This document shows, piece by piece, positions 8,810 through 17,983 of a stretch of DNA of 53,966 bases (its first letter is position 1; the number at the start of each line of letters is the position of its first letter). The translations under genes and the position numbers were made by a program. The notes below the pieces were generated by a model, which did not search any database, was not told where the DNA came from, and was given only the letters and a program-made list of their open reading frames with translations. The stretch is taken from positions 1-53,966 of IMG/VR virus record IMGVR_UViG_3300043639_000022, one strand, 5' to 3'. Source of the stretch: a virus.

Positions 8810-8843
8810 AAATAAAAATCCCGTCCAGATCACTCCAGACGGG
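8810..8843 (-). terminator. Intrinsic terminator between the head-morphogenesis and scaffold genes
   Basis: Minus RNA CCCGUCUGGA-GUGA-UCUGGACGGG followed by AUUUUUAUUU. The two non-canonical pairs are G-U only in the minus-strand RNA. Confidence 0.6.
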
Positions 8844-8880
8844 AAATAGTCAACCACATTTTTAGAAGATAAGTTTTAGC

Positions 8881-9774
8881 TCACTGCAACTCTACCGATC
8901 CGCCATATCGATCCTGACCACCAACTATTCCCGTGAACAGGTCAGACGTGGCGAACTGTGCGCCTTCCACGTCAAATTCAAACTCACAACGGCAGTTGTT
9001 CATGCACTGCAAAGACCCAATCTCATCCAACTGATCGAGCGGCACAAAACCTTCGCCCGCTGCCGCTACGCACTCATCACAGCTTCTTTCGTCTTCAGCA
9101 CAGACCCGACGACCTAGCCTCACGCCTTCGTCAAACTCTCGCGCCATGACGTTGTTTTCAAGCGTCGACCATGCCGCATCTGGATACATCTCGGAGCGGT
9201 TAATAATCTGTCCACCTATTAAGTCAGCGGCTTGACTACCGATCGACACCGGCACGTCACGCCCGACTACCTCAATCACTGCTCGTTTAGCGACTGCTTC
9301 TGCTTCGCCTGGAGCAACAGTCAGCAATGCTCTTGAGAGGCTTTGACGTAGTGCGGCCTGTGCGTCTGGATACTCACTAGCGATCTTGTTGGCTATCGCC
9401 TGCACGGCTCGTAATGAGGTACGTGTCTCACGCTCGAAGTTGGCGAGATATTCCAGTTCACTCGATACCTTCTGATTGATACGCGCCCAGCGTTCAGCGT
9501 TCATCTGTGGTTCACCGCCATAGGCCACAACACCAGAGATCGCATGCCAGGCTGAAACCTTATCGCGCATGAAAGCAAAGAACTCTTCTGCTCGCACTAA
9601 GGCTCTAAACTCTTCAGCGGTAATGATCGAAGAGTCGATAACCTTGAGGGCTTCAACCTTGACTAGCTTTCGCTCAGTCTCAATGTAGTCATCGATGACC
9701 TTACGGATTGCCGCAGGAGAGACGGGGCGACCCCGTTCGTCTTCATACCGGCGTTGAATTGGATCCCAAATCAT
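8881..9774 (-). CDS. Head morphogenesis / minor capsid protein (SPP1 gp7 / Mu F family)
   Basis: Follows the portal gene. C-terminal Cys motif CDECVAAAG...LQCMNNCRCEFEF is typical of the Mu F family. Confidence 0.7.
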   Translation of the reverse strand: MIWDPIQRRYEDERGRPVSPAAIRKVIDDYIETERKLVKVEALKVIDSSIITAEEFRALVRAEEFFAFMRDKVSAWHAISGVVAYGGEPQMNAERWARINQKVSSELEYLANFERETRTSLRAVQAIANKIASEYPDAQAALRQSLSRALLTVAPGEAEAVAKRAVIEVVGRDVPVSIGSQAADLIGGQIINRSEMYPDAAWSTLENNVMAREFDEGVRLGRRVCAEDERSCDECVAAAGEGFVPLDQLDEIGSLQCMNNCRCEFEFDVEGAQFATSDLFTGIVGGQDRYGGSVELQ

Positions 9775-11267
9775 GCTGCGGGTTTCTGTTGAGCATTAAA
9801 CAGGTTCGAGACTGACGCAGGCGCACTCTTCAAAGCCTTCTGAGCGAGTGTGGGAATAGCCGAAGCCTGAGCGGTCTGCTTGGCTTCCTTAACCTTTGCC
9901 ACCTCATCATCGACGGATACGTCCTCAGACAGTAAGCCAGTCTCACGAAGCATTCCAAGCACAACCGTCAGCCAGCTCTCAAGTGAGAAGTCGTTCGACC
10001 GTACCGCTGAGAGTAATACCGTCAAGTGTTGCGGTGTCAGTGCTAGATTTTCTTCCTTCACTCCTAACTTGATTGAGCCGCCCGCTTCCGTCCCTAATCC
10101 TAGATATTCAGCATGGTATGAAAGCGCGAGTTCGATACAGTCCTTCTCGGACTGTGCCATCGTCGCCAACTCACTATGCTTTTCTTCTTTGTCCTGCTTC
10201 TTTTCAGTAGCGGTGATATTCGTGTCTGCCCGTTGAGTGAGCGTCGATAGGCCCATCATGCCCATGCGCTGCTCGATGTCTAACAAGTGAGAGCGACCAA
10301 CTGACATCGCACCATCACCACGGACTTCGAGCCACTTCCAGTCGCCGCCTTCAGGTGCGTCGAGGGTGCTCTTTACTCCTACCTCAACCTCTGCCGGATC
10401 TTGATTGATGTTCGAGCCAATGCGTACCAGCATCGGGACACGTGTAACGTGCAGAATGTTTTCCTGATCCGATGAGTTCTGCCAGTGTGAGATGTTCAAA
10501 TAAGCGAGATCGAGTAATGCTGGAGCCTTGCCGATTTCACCAGATACAGCGACAGGGATACGGGTTAGCGTAGTCGTTCCGCCGTCCTCCCATATCATCT
10601 TGTCTTCGTCTTGGATAGCCTTCTCGTTTAAGCGGTAGAGATCCCAACTAACCACTCCGTTCTCTTTACGGAAGGTGCGGTACTTACAGACTTCTTTCTC
10701 ACCATACGACCCATCGGGCTCAGTCGACTTCTCTTCAAACGTTATTAGCGTGAACTCTTGCTTGCCGTTGATTCTCGCCCTGCGCCAGTTGACTGCTTGA
10801 TCCCCTTTGTAGCTTACCCAATACGGTCGACGACCACTCGCCTTCTCATCGGCATACGTCGCGCCATCCGGCAGTGCCGTATCCATGTCCACCAGGATGA
10901 ACGACCATCCCTCAAACTGATCGGTGAAGTGTCGCTTGGTAAATACGTCGAGATTATTACCTGCCAGATCAACATCTTCCATCTGATCCTGAATAGGTTG
11001 CGGGACATCATCCTCCAGCACGATCGGGTCATTGAACACCATGCCAACAAGTGATTGGACGGTTCTCAGGTAAGCGTTGAAGAAGACAGTTCGATTCAGG
11101 CGACAGCGATACTCAATCTCAGGCTCTCTCTTTTCCTTCGGTAGATAGGCAGTGCCGGCGTCACGCATTAAGGGCGTTCCGCCTGAGACATCACGGACGA
11201 CCTTGATAGCCATTGCGGTTGAGCAATGCACCGAGTTCTTGAAGTTTGGGAGATTAGGATCAGCCAT
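9771..11267 (-). CDS. Portal protein
   Basis: About 498 aa directly after TerL. Likely start MADPNLPNF at 11267, just after the TerL stop at 11272. N-terminus YLPKEKREPEIEYRCRLNRTVFFNAYLRTV resembles DUF4055-type portals. Confidence 0.75.
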   Translation of the reverse strand: MADPNLPNFKNSVHCSTAMAIKVVRDVSGGTPLMRDAGTAYLPKEKREPEIEYRCRLNRTVFFNAYLRTVQSLVGMVFNDPIVLEDDVPQPIQDQMEDVDLAGNNLDVFTKRHFTDQFEGWSFILVDMDTALPDGATYADEKASGRRPYWVSYKGDQAVNWRRARINGKQEFTLITFEEKSTEPDGSYGEKEVCKYRTFRKENGVVSWDLYRLNEKAIQDEDKMIWEDGGTTTLTRIPVAVSGEIGKAPALLDLAYLNISHWQNSSDQENILHVTRVPMLVRIGSNINQDPAEVEVGVKSTLDAPEGGDWKWLEVRGDGAMSVGRSHLLDIEQRMGMMGLSTLTQRADTNITATEKKQDKEEKHSELATMAQSEKDCIELALSYHAEYLGLGTEAGGSIKLGVKEENLALTPQHLTVLLSAVRSNDFSLESWLTVVLGMLRETGLLSEDVSVDDEVAKVKEAKQTAQASAIPTLAQKALKSAPASVSNLFNAQQKPAA

Positions 11268-11271
11268 GATG

Positions 11272-12717
11272 TTAGAAAGGTAGTCCGGTCCGTTGCGCGA
11301 ATTGACCAGGCGGTACAGCAATCATCTGCACACCACCTGAAACCGTATCAACTTGGTCGTCATGTGTTCCTTGAGGGAACGCACAAACTTCATCGAGAAA
11401 ACTGTTCACCCATTCGCCTCGTATCAGCTTGATCTTTCCTGCTTCGCCTCGAGCTGCCCACGGTAATGCTCGCGTCATCTTGTCCTTGTCGACATCAATG
11501 CCCTGAATCGAGACTCGCGCTAACGTCTGATCCCTCAATAGTTCTTGAACGGCAGCGATTCCATGTAACGCCTTCTCAACTCCGTGTCTCGTTCCGTTTC
11601 CTGTGAGCATCGTTGAAACCATTACCTTCTTCGCGTCAGGCCATTCCCATCGACCTCGAACCATATCGCGAATGAATAAGTCACCCTCTGGCCCTAATGC
11701 GACTTCTGCGCTTGCTGTGTAATCCGCTGTCGTCTTGGTTGACGCTGCGAGATCCCAATAGCGAACCCATTTCAATCCTTCTGGTGCAGTATCAACAACC
11801 GTAAACCAGTGCCGCTTAAATAAGACACCTTCCTCTGGTTGTGGTCTGCCTTGATAAAGAGCGGTAAAACTGCGAACACCTAGCACCGTCTTGATGCCTT
11901 CTAAGTCGGACACGCTGTAGCGGTCAGGACATAACGCCTCACCAACTTCTCGACCTAGTGGGTCGTTCTCTCCAGCCAGTGCGGGAAGGTTTAATACCTC
12001 CCACTTCTCGCCACCGTTCTGAGACTCAGAAATCAGTCGACCCGCTAGATCGTCTTCATGCCAGCGAGTCATCGTTAAGATGATTGCGCCTCCAGGCTCA
12101 AGTCTCGTGTAAAGATCATCCCTATACCAGTCCCACACCCTATCTCGATACGCCAACGACTCCGCTTCCTCGCGGGACTTAACCGGATCATCTATGAGAA
12201 TCAGGTTGCCGCCTTGTCCGGTGATACCACCGCCAACACCAACGGCTCTTAATCCTCCACCTGCTGCTGTCTCCCATTCTTCAACGGCAGCACGATCAGA
12301 ACTCAGCGGGATTCTTTCAACTGCAATCCGTCGTGACTTGCGCGAGAACTTATTAGCGAGCGTCTGGTTGTACGCCCCAACGATAATCCTCATTGAAGGA
12401 TCGCGCTCGAGCCTCCATACCGGATAGCGAACTGTGTTTTGCTCCGACTTTCCGTGTCGAGGCGGTTCAAAGATCATCAGGCGTTTCGTCTCGCCTTTTG
12501 TTACTCGGTCAATAGCCTCACGAGTCTTAACTAAGTGCGGCCACACCCAATTCCACTGCGGCGTGACAGTTGATAGCCAACTACTAAAAGCGGATACCTT
12601 TGACGCCTTAACGTTAGTGGACTGACTCGCCTTCAGTCTCTCCAATAACGCTTGTTTGGCTTCCACTGGTAATGAACGCCAATTCCCGCTCAATATCGGC
12701 GTCAAGTTTGTTGACAT
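11272..12717 (-). CDS. terL: Terminase large subunit
   Basis: Walker A-like FEPPRHGKS, Walker B LILIDDPV, coupling motif TRWHEDDLAGRL, nuclease-domain motif HDDQVDTVSG. Confidence 0.9.
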   Translation of the reverse strand: MSTNLTPILSGNWRSLPVEAKQALLERLKASQSTNVKASKVSAFSSWLSTVTPQWNWVWPHLVKTREAIDRVTKGETKRLMIFEPPRHGKSEQNTVRYPVWRLERDPSMRIIVGAYNQTLANKFSRKSRRIAVERIPLSSDRAAVEEWETAAGGGLRAVGVGGGITGQGGNLILIDDPVKSREEAESLAYRDRVWDWYRDDLYTRLEPGGAIILTMTRWHEDDLAGRLISESQNGGEKWEVLNLPALAGENDPLGREVGEALCPDRYSVSDLEGIKTVLGVRSFTALYQGRPQPEEGVLFKRHWFTVVDTAPEGLKWVRYWDLAASTKTTADYTASAEVALGPEGDLFIRDMVRGRWEWPDAKKVMVSTMLTGNGTRHGVEKALHGIAAVQELLRDQTLARVSIQGIDVDKDKMTRALPWAARGEAGKIKLIRGEWVNSFLDEVCAFPQGTHDDQVDTVSGGVQMIAVPPGQFAQRTGLPF

Positions 12718-13117
12718 CTATCGTTACTCGTTCGCGGTACTTGTCCGGTCGTCGCCCTTTCAACAAAAAGATAAGGAGCGTGTCCGAGTACTTCCGAACA
12801 GCTCCGCATTCTTCGCCCTGATAGAACACCGGCTCATCGACGCCAGCAAATGCTCGACGTCGCGCTTCCTCTTCGAGTTCATCTGTTCCTAGCTCAACCG
12901 CTTCATCCCATGCGAGAGCGAATACTGGATCAACCCTTCGCCATTCGTATGCGCGAGCGCGGGTTAATTCGATAGCCGCACAAGCTCGACTAACATTGCC
13001 GCCTGTTTCGCGAAGCACGGCAAGAAACTCAGATTCCTTTTTAGGCTGTACGCGGGATGTCCGTTTGTTCTTGTCTTGGACCTGTGACGTCACCCCATTT
13101 TTACTAACCTTTTTCAC
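12614..13117 (-). CDS. terS: Terminase small subunit
   Basis: HTH-like FLAVLRETGGNVSRACAAIELTRARAYEWRR and SDTLLIFLLKGRRPDKYRER. Probable GTG start at 13117 (VKKVSKNG) overlapping the stop of a small upstream ORF. The 3' end overlaps terL by 104 nt. Confidence 0.7.
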   Translation of the reverse strand: MKKVSKNGVTSQVQDKNKRTSRVQPKKESEFLAVLRETGGNVSRACAAIELTRARAYEWRRVDPVFALAWDEAVELGTDELEEEARRRAFAGVDEPVFYQGEECGAVRKYSDTLLIFLLKGRRPDKYRERVTIDVNKLDADIERELAFITSGSQTSVIGETEGESVH

Positions 13118-13266
13118 TAAACCACCTTCACGCCTGACACCGACAAACACCACACGGCTAGTCCGATAATGAATGCCCAACGACCCGCATCTTCAATCTT
13201 CGGCCTACTAGGAACGAGATAAACAATCAGCCCGATTATCCAAACAACTAAAGGTATTGAAATCAT
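13117..13266 (-). CDS. Small membrane protein (49 aa, two hydrophobic segments)
   Basis: Manual translation [49 protein letters not shown]. Below the track length cut-off. Confidence 0.4.
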   Translation of the reverse strand: MISIPLVVWIIGLIVYLVPSRPKIEDAGRWAFIIGLAVWCLSVSGVKVV

Positions 13267-13271
13267 TCTCT

Positions 13272-13373
13272 TTACCTCACCACCCAATTAACAAATGCCG
13301 CACACAGAAGAATTACTTCAAATGTGATGACGGCGAGTAATACCAACCACTTCCAGTCTTTCTCTTCTGGCAT
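13272..13373 (-). CDS. Small membrane protein (33 aa)
   Basis: Manual translation [33 protein letters not shown]. Confidence 0.3.
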   Translation of the reverse strand: MPEEKDWKWLVLLAVITFEVILLCAAFVNWVVR

Positions 13374-13457
13374 CTTTCGTTGGGTGTCAGCGAGCGCGTT
13401 GCCTTTGCTTAATTGGACCCGCACACGCGAAACAAATCACCGACACCCGTACTATAA

Positions 13458-13631
13458 TTACTTATTTTTCTGCCTTAGTTTCTCAACCCAAAAGTTACAC
13501 GCCCCACAACTGAGCATCGTCCGTACTTTGGTCGACCACTGTATGTCCATTCGTTTCGAGTGACACTTCGGACATAGATACTTCGACGCTTTCACTTTGC
13601 GTGGGACTTTCGGGACTCTCTCGTATTCCAT
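13458..13631 (-). CDS. Zinc-ribbon protein (57 aa)
   Basis: Manual translation MEYERVPKVPRKVKASKYLCPKCHSKRMDIQWSTKVRTMLSCGACNFWVEKLRQKNK, with two CxxC pairs. The ATG abuts the upstream stop. Confidence 0.45.
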   Translation of the reverse strand: MEYERVPKVPRKVKASKYLCPKCHSKRMDIQWSTKVRTMLSCGACNFWVEKLRQKNK

Positions 13632-13883
13632 TCATACTGCCCAATCACTCGTGTGAGTCTCGACTAATGAAGGATCAATGATGTGCGGGTTGTCGCGTTG
13701 CTGTCTCAGGACGTGAGCGTAAACGTAGAAGTCAACACATTCGTCCATGAGCATTTCGAGGACTCCAGGCTTCTTCCAAAGGTTGCCTCCATGTTCGGCT
13801 TGCCCTTTTCTGTACTTGGCGTCAACGGCATCAAGGAAGTCGAGTTTGACTCGCTGTAGGTGTTCTTCTTGTTCTGGTGTCAT
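13632..13883 (-). CDS. Hypothetical protein
   Basis: 83-aa ORF with an overlapping junction to the upstream gene. Motif KYRKGQAEHGGNLW. Confidence 0.45.
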   Translation of the reverse strand: MTPEQEEHLQRVKLDFLDAVDAKYRKGQAEHGGNLWKKPGVLEMLMDECVDFYVYAHVLRQQRDNPHIIDPSLVETHTSDWAV

Positions 13884-14095
13884 ATCGTCCTGAATGAATT
13901 GAATAATCTTCTTAGTAGGTATGAACGAATCAAGCTAACCGCTGTGAACCACGCCGTAATCTGAGCATTTGTTGCCAGCGATATCTGGAACCCGTAGTAA
14001 GGGAGAACGATTCGATTCACTACGAAGGCGACTACGATACCAACCACGATATTGGTTACAGCTTCGAGTAGTGAGCCTTTCTTTGTTTGCCTCAT
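13880..14095 (-). CDS. Small membrane protein (two TM segments), first gene after the large non-coding region
   Basis: 71 aa, LLEAVTNIVVGIVVAFVV...ITAWFTAVSLIRSYLLRRLF. Confidence 0.5.
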   Translation of the reverse strand: MRQTKKGSLLEAVTNIVVGIVVAFVVNRIVLPYYGFQISLATNAQITAWFTAVSLIRSYLLRRLFNSFRTI

Positions 14096-14586
14096 CTCCT
14101 GCGCCTCGCCGCTCTCAACCTGTTTCTCATTCTTCTGTTGTACTTGCTCATATTCGCGCCTTTTTCGCGGCTCCGCGAAAATCTCTTTCTGTTTACGCCC
14201 TAGTTAGTCGAGCCATACTTATCTTGCTCATGTAAACTTCCTGCCGTTCCCTTACATTTGAGAGTTGCGTGTGTAAAGTTACCTTGGCCGTGTTAATTAA
14301 CATGATCGTGGTAACTATCTTGCTCACGATATTTCAACTCTTGTAATGATTCCTGTTTTGCCAACTTTCTTATTTAAGAAAATGCCGTTTGTCAGAAATA
14401 GGCATCTCTTTTTCTGACCAGAGATGTGAACACTGGCGCGTGTAATGTTCACCATACTTGCAATTAAGTGATGGCACTTCTACACATCTACCGACGCTTT
14501 CGCGCCAAAACTCTGGTGCTTTAGTGGCGCGAATACGTTATTTGCGCCATTAGCATGCCCGTGGTAGATGTCTTGGCCGTGGTAGT
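14096..14586. promoter_or_regulatory. 490-bp non-coding region between the early-left and late gene blocks, dense in inverted and direct repeats
   Basis: Palindrome TTTTCGCGG-CT-CCGCGAAAA (about 14160-14180). Hairpins GTCAGAAA/TTTCTGAC, GTGAACA/TGTTCAC and TGGCGCGAA/TTTGCGCCA. Direct repeats (minus sense) TGAGCAAGATA x2 plus TGAGCAAGTA, CTACCACGG x2, CACGGCCAAG x2. Confidence 0.6.
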
Positions 14587-15888
14587 TCATGCCGCCTTCT
14601 TTCGATAAACGCTCTGTCCCGTATCCGATACTAATTGCTCAACGATCTCCGCTTCCGGTCGTGCTTCCCATTCAATCCCGTCATAAATCGCTTTCCCTGA
14701 ATGAATCTGAATCAAATAGACGTTGAAGAATCCGTTGCCTTCCTGATACTCCGCGACCGCGACCCCTTGCTGCCAGTTCTGTCTTTGTTTGTGAGCTGGC
14801 ACGATGCCAGGATCAATCCTTGCTAATGTGCCGGGCGAGAACGCCATGTAAACCTTTGGTCCTTCCTTCGTCCAAACCGTCTTGCAAGCTAATTCCTCAC
14901 GGTGAATGTGTCCTTGTCCTTCCGAGTGTCGTAAATCCTCGAGCATTGCTCTCACAGTCGCTCCAGATTTGTTTCGCGCAATCTCCCCGTGTTGAAGTGC
15001 TAGGTTGTCGTTCAACCACACTCGACCACTTGGATACGGCCCGTGATACGTGACCCCGAGACTCTTCAAACCTAAGAATCTTTCAATACTCAGCGATGGT
15101 GGCCCGTCCATGTCGTCAACCGGTTTCAGGCCGTAGGAATAAGGTAGGTATTTAGTGATTGCCTTTTCCATCCTGAATTCATGGTTTCCTTCGATAGCGT
15201 CGATCTTTAGTTCGGCATTCAAAGAACGGACCCTTGAGTACCACCACGCCATCTCGATTCCGGCAAACTGCGTTGAGACGTGGAACTCAGGTGACCTGAT
15301 GAACTTGTCGCTCCAGTCGCAGAGATCCAAGTTGTCTCCGAGAAACACGACGCGATCAGGATTGACGTGTCGGGTTATCAAATACGCGACTTCTAACGCC
15401 CTGCGATCGTGGAATGGATCTAGTTCACCCGTTATCAAATCCCGTCTAAACCCTGTTTGGATATCCGGCCAGATAACTGCTCGGAATAGCTTCGCCGGCT
15501 TCGGCTTTGGTAACACTCTCGCCTTGACCGTTATTTCAATCGGCCTTAATTCGGGTATCTCGGTGACGACCGCTATTTTACGAATCAACCAGGCTTTGAT
15601 TTGAAAGAGCGGAGTAACAACGATCTCACCGTCTGCGTCCTTCGCGCCCATGTCCCATTTGTTGCAGACGAATCTTTCAACTACCCAAACATTCAGATCG
15701 ACTTGGCAAATAGCTAATAAAGCTTCAACCGTTTGCGGGTTACGATTCCACGATTCCGCTGTGGCTGACTGTCCGTCTTCGCCGTACTCGACTCGCTCTT
15801 TTGCGGCTATCTGAGACTCGCGTTTATCTTCAGCCGCTTTCTGATCGGCTTCATCGAGAAACGATTCGAGGTCTTCAGCGTCACTCAT
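14587..15888 (-). CDS. Calcineurin-like metallophosphoesterase with N-terminal extension
   Basis: Ordered motifs DPFHD, FLGDNLD, IEGNHEF, LQHGE, GQGHIHRE. Confidence 0.7.
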   Translation of the reverse strand: MSDAEDLESFLDEADQKAAEDKRESQIAAKERVEYGEDGQSATAESWNRNPQTVEALLAICQVDLNVWVVERFVCNKWDMGAKDADGEIVVTPLFQIKAWLIRKIAVVTEIPELRPIEITVKARVLPKPKPAKLFRAVIWPDIQTGFRRDLITGELDPFHDRRALEVAYLITRHVNPDRVVFLGDNLDLCDWSDKFIRSPEFHVSTQFAGIEMAWWYSRVRSLNAELKIDAIEGNHEFRMEKAITKYLPYSYGLKPVDDMDGPPSLSIERFLGLKSLGVTYHGPYPSGRVWLNDNLALQHGEIARNKSGATVRAMLEDLRHSEGQGHIHREELACKTVWTKEGPKVYMAFSPGTLARIDPGIVPAHKQRQNWQQGVAVAEYQEGNGFFNVYLIQIHSGKAIYDGIEWEARPEAEIVEQLVSDTGQSVYRKKAA

Positions 15889-16121
15889 TTAACGCACTTC
15901 TCGAAGTGAGTCTGAAATATCCCGCGACCCGGCAGATCCTCTTCCTTGTATCCCTTACGCTCAACCAACCAGTTGACTGCTCGCCGCGTCCCAAACTTGT
16001 TGCCTCTTTTCTTCCGTACTGCGTTCAGCGTCGGTGACTCAGGTAACTGACAGATTCGACATTCATGGCGATCAAGAAAGTCCTCCAGGTCGGCTAAGTC
16101 CGTGTCAGATGGTTTCTTCAT
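15885..16121 (-). CDS. Hypothetical small protein
   Basis: 78-aa ORF with overlapping junctions. Confidence 0.45.
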   Translation of the reverse strand: MKKPSDTDLADLEDFLDRHECRICQLPESPTLNAVRKKRGNKFGTRRAVNWLVERKGYKEEDLPGRGIFQTHFEKCVK

Positions 16122-16474
16122 TTTCTTCTCAGTGCAACCAGAGCGTCCGCAGTCGAGTCGATAGCGAACTCAAAAGCCTTATCATCTTCCTTGTCCACGG
16201 AATAGAACCTGATATGTAGTAGCTCATGGCAGAGAACCTGTTCCGCGTCGTAAGAGTTGAAGTGATCCTTTGGTCTGAAGTCTTCTTCTGATAAGACCAT
16301 GATCTCCGCGTTCTGTGACTCTGCGTGATGGTTTGAGTATCCCTGTAACTTCGGTTCGGGCATCTCCGACTCGCGCACGAATGAGACTTTGATCTGCCAG
16401 TCCTGAAGCCTCAACATCTTCTGGTAGATCGCGCACAGAGATTCGAGTTCGGTTATTCCCATTCCCATAAGCAA
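16118..16474 (-). CDS. Putative zinc metallopeptidase-like protein (HExxH)
   Basis: HELLH motif in VLCHELLHIRF. 118 aa. Confidence 0.4.
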   Translation of the reverse strand: MLMGMGITELESLCAIYQKMLRLQDWQIKVSFVRESEMPEPKLQGYSNHHAESQNAEIMVLSEEDFRPKDHFNSYDAEQVLCHELLHIRFYSVDKEDDKAFEFAIDSTADALVALRRK

Positions 16475-16692
16475 TGCTCGGGATTAACAATCAAATACAG
16501 AGCCTCGAAGCCGTGCGTCTCTTGCTCTAGTTCGGTCATCTTCAGGACTACTTTCTCTTTGGTCCAGCCGGCTAACCTTCCATAGACGCCCTGACAAAGT
16601 TCATCGCCACAACTCTTGTAAAGCACACGACGCCCTATGTCGGACTTTGGTTCTCTGTAGTTTCCTAACCTTAATTTCTTAACATCAATCAA
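16453..16692 (-). CDS. Hypothetical protein
   Basis: 79-aa ORF. Confidence 0.4.
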   Translation of the reverse strand: MIDVKKLRLGNYREPKSDIGRRVLYKSCGDELCQGVYGRLAGWTKEKVVLKMTELEQETHGFEALYLIVNPEHCLWEWE

Positions 16693-17147
16693 GACTTCAG
16701 AGACGCGAGCTTTCTCTGCAAGATGTCTACTTGCGCTTCCAGAACGCCTATTTGCCCCTTGAGTTCGGCAATGGTTACGTCCCGTGCTTTGATTTCTAAT
16801 TGGAGAGTAAGGTTCAGGGTGGTGATTTCGTGGAACTGTCTTTCCTGCTCACTGAAGCGTATTTGCAGTCGCTTGAAAGAATCGGAGAGTACGAGTATTT
16901 CTTCGCCGCGCTGCTTGTAGAGCTTCTCCCAGCCGTCTGCGGTTTCTCTTAGTTGCGTCTGGTTCTGTTTGGCGAGTTCAAAGTTCTGCTTGCGGTATAA
17001 CAACGCTCCCAGCGCAAACAGTACAAGAGCAGGTATTGTCGCCTTGAGAATTGGTCCCACGTATAACCAAAGATTTTCCATTGTTACCCCAAACACAATG
17101 CCGCTTCGCTGGGAGTGAGGAAACGGAATTGCGATTGCATCTGCCAT
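16689..17147 (-). CDS. Membrane-anchored coiled-coil protein (i-spanin-like architecture)
   Basis: One TM segment (LKATIPALVLFALGALLY) followed by about 100 aa of heptad-rich helix. Alternative start MENLW. Confidence 0.4.
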   Translation of the reverse strand: MADAIAIPFPHSQRSGIVFGVTMENLWLYVGPILKATIPALVLFALGALLYRKQNFELAKQNQTQLRETADGWEKLYKQRGEEILVLSDSFKRLQIRFSEQERQFHEITTLNLTLQLEIKARDVTIAELKGQIGVLEAQVDILQRKLASLKS

Positions 17148-17153
17148 GACGAA

Positions 17154-17315
17154 TTACTTCTTCTTACTCTGCGTCAACGCACTCGACGCGATGCCGTTAA
17201 TTACTTTCAACTGTCCCACTTCAGCGTCACGATAGATGTAGGGCGAGTTACTTTGCACTCGCCTTATGTCCTCTAACGCTTGAGTGAGCGTCTTGATCTT
17301 CTGAGCGTCTGTCAC
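17154..17315 (-). CDS. Small hypothetical protein (53 aa, GTG start)
   Basis: Manual translation VTDAQKIKTLTQALEDIRRVQSNSPYIYRDAEVGQLKVINGIASSALTQSKKK. GTGA start-stop overlap with the upstream gene. Confidence 0.3.
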   Translation of the reverse strand: MTDAQKIKTLTQALEDIRRVQSNSPYIYRDAEVGQLKVINGIASSALTQSKKK

Positions 17316-17500
17316 GCCTGCGACCCCATGTCTTCTTCGGTGATCTGTTTCGTCTCCGCGACCTTTGCCCGAGCCGCGGCGATGATTTCCTCATCCGTGC
17401 GCGTGTCGCCCTTCCTGAGTTCACCAATCAACGCAATCACTAAAGGCGAAAGAGTGTTGATGGCCGTTAAGCCGGATAGAATTTTGTCTTCTGCTGGCAT
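17312..17500 (-). CDS. Hypothetical protein
   Basis: 62-aa ORF. Confidence 0.4.
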   Translation of the reverse strand: MPAEDKILSGLTAINTLSPLVIALIGELRKGDTRTDEEIIAAARAKVAETKQITEEDMGSQA

Positions 17501-17970
17501 TATTTCACCTTCATTGTTTGCGCAATCAGAATTGCTGAGTTAATCGCCGTGACCGCCGACTGGATGAGGATATCGATCCGGTCGTTGCCAACCCTTGTGT
17601 GTACGAGTTGCTGCGCCGCTTTCGTTAGTAAGTCGATTACCGCTTGCCCGCTCATGCCAGGCTGTAATTGTGCGGCGACTTCCACGGCTTCAGATAGATA
17701 CTCGTTTGCTTCGTGGACGCCCGTCGCCACCTTTTGACGGGTAGCGATAGCACCGGGTGAACCGACAGCACCGTATACGGCAGAGCGGTACAGTTCACGA
17801 TTCGATTTGGCTGCGGTATTGAGAATTGATGCGGCTTGATCGACTTTGACTTTGACCTTGTGAACATCATTCGATGAACACGCGAAGCCGTAACCGCTAT
17901 AGGCTATCGCTGCGATCAGTAACAAGACTGCAATTTGCTTTCGTTGAATTCCTAGATACAAGTAGACCAC
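17500..17970 (-). CDS. Putative lipoprotein
   Basis: Signal-like LLLIAAIAYSGYGFAC followed by an all-helical mature region. Cys after a hydrophobic stretch. Confidence 0.45.
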   Translation of the reverse strand: MVYLYLGIQRKQIAVLLLIAAIAYSGYGFACSSNDVHKVKVKVDQAASILNTAAKSNRELYRSAVYGAVGSPGAIATRQKVATGVHEANEYLSEAVEVAAQLQPGMSGQAVIDLLTKAAQQLVHTRVGNDRIDILIQSAVTAINSAILIAQTMKVK

Positions 17971-17983
17971 CCGCCTTTCCGCC

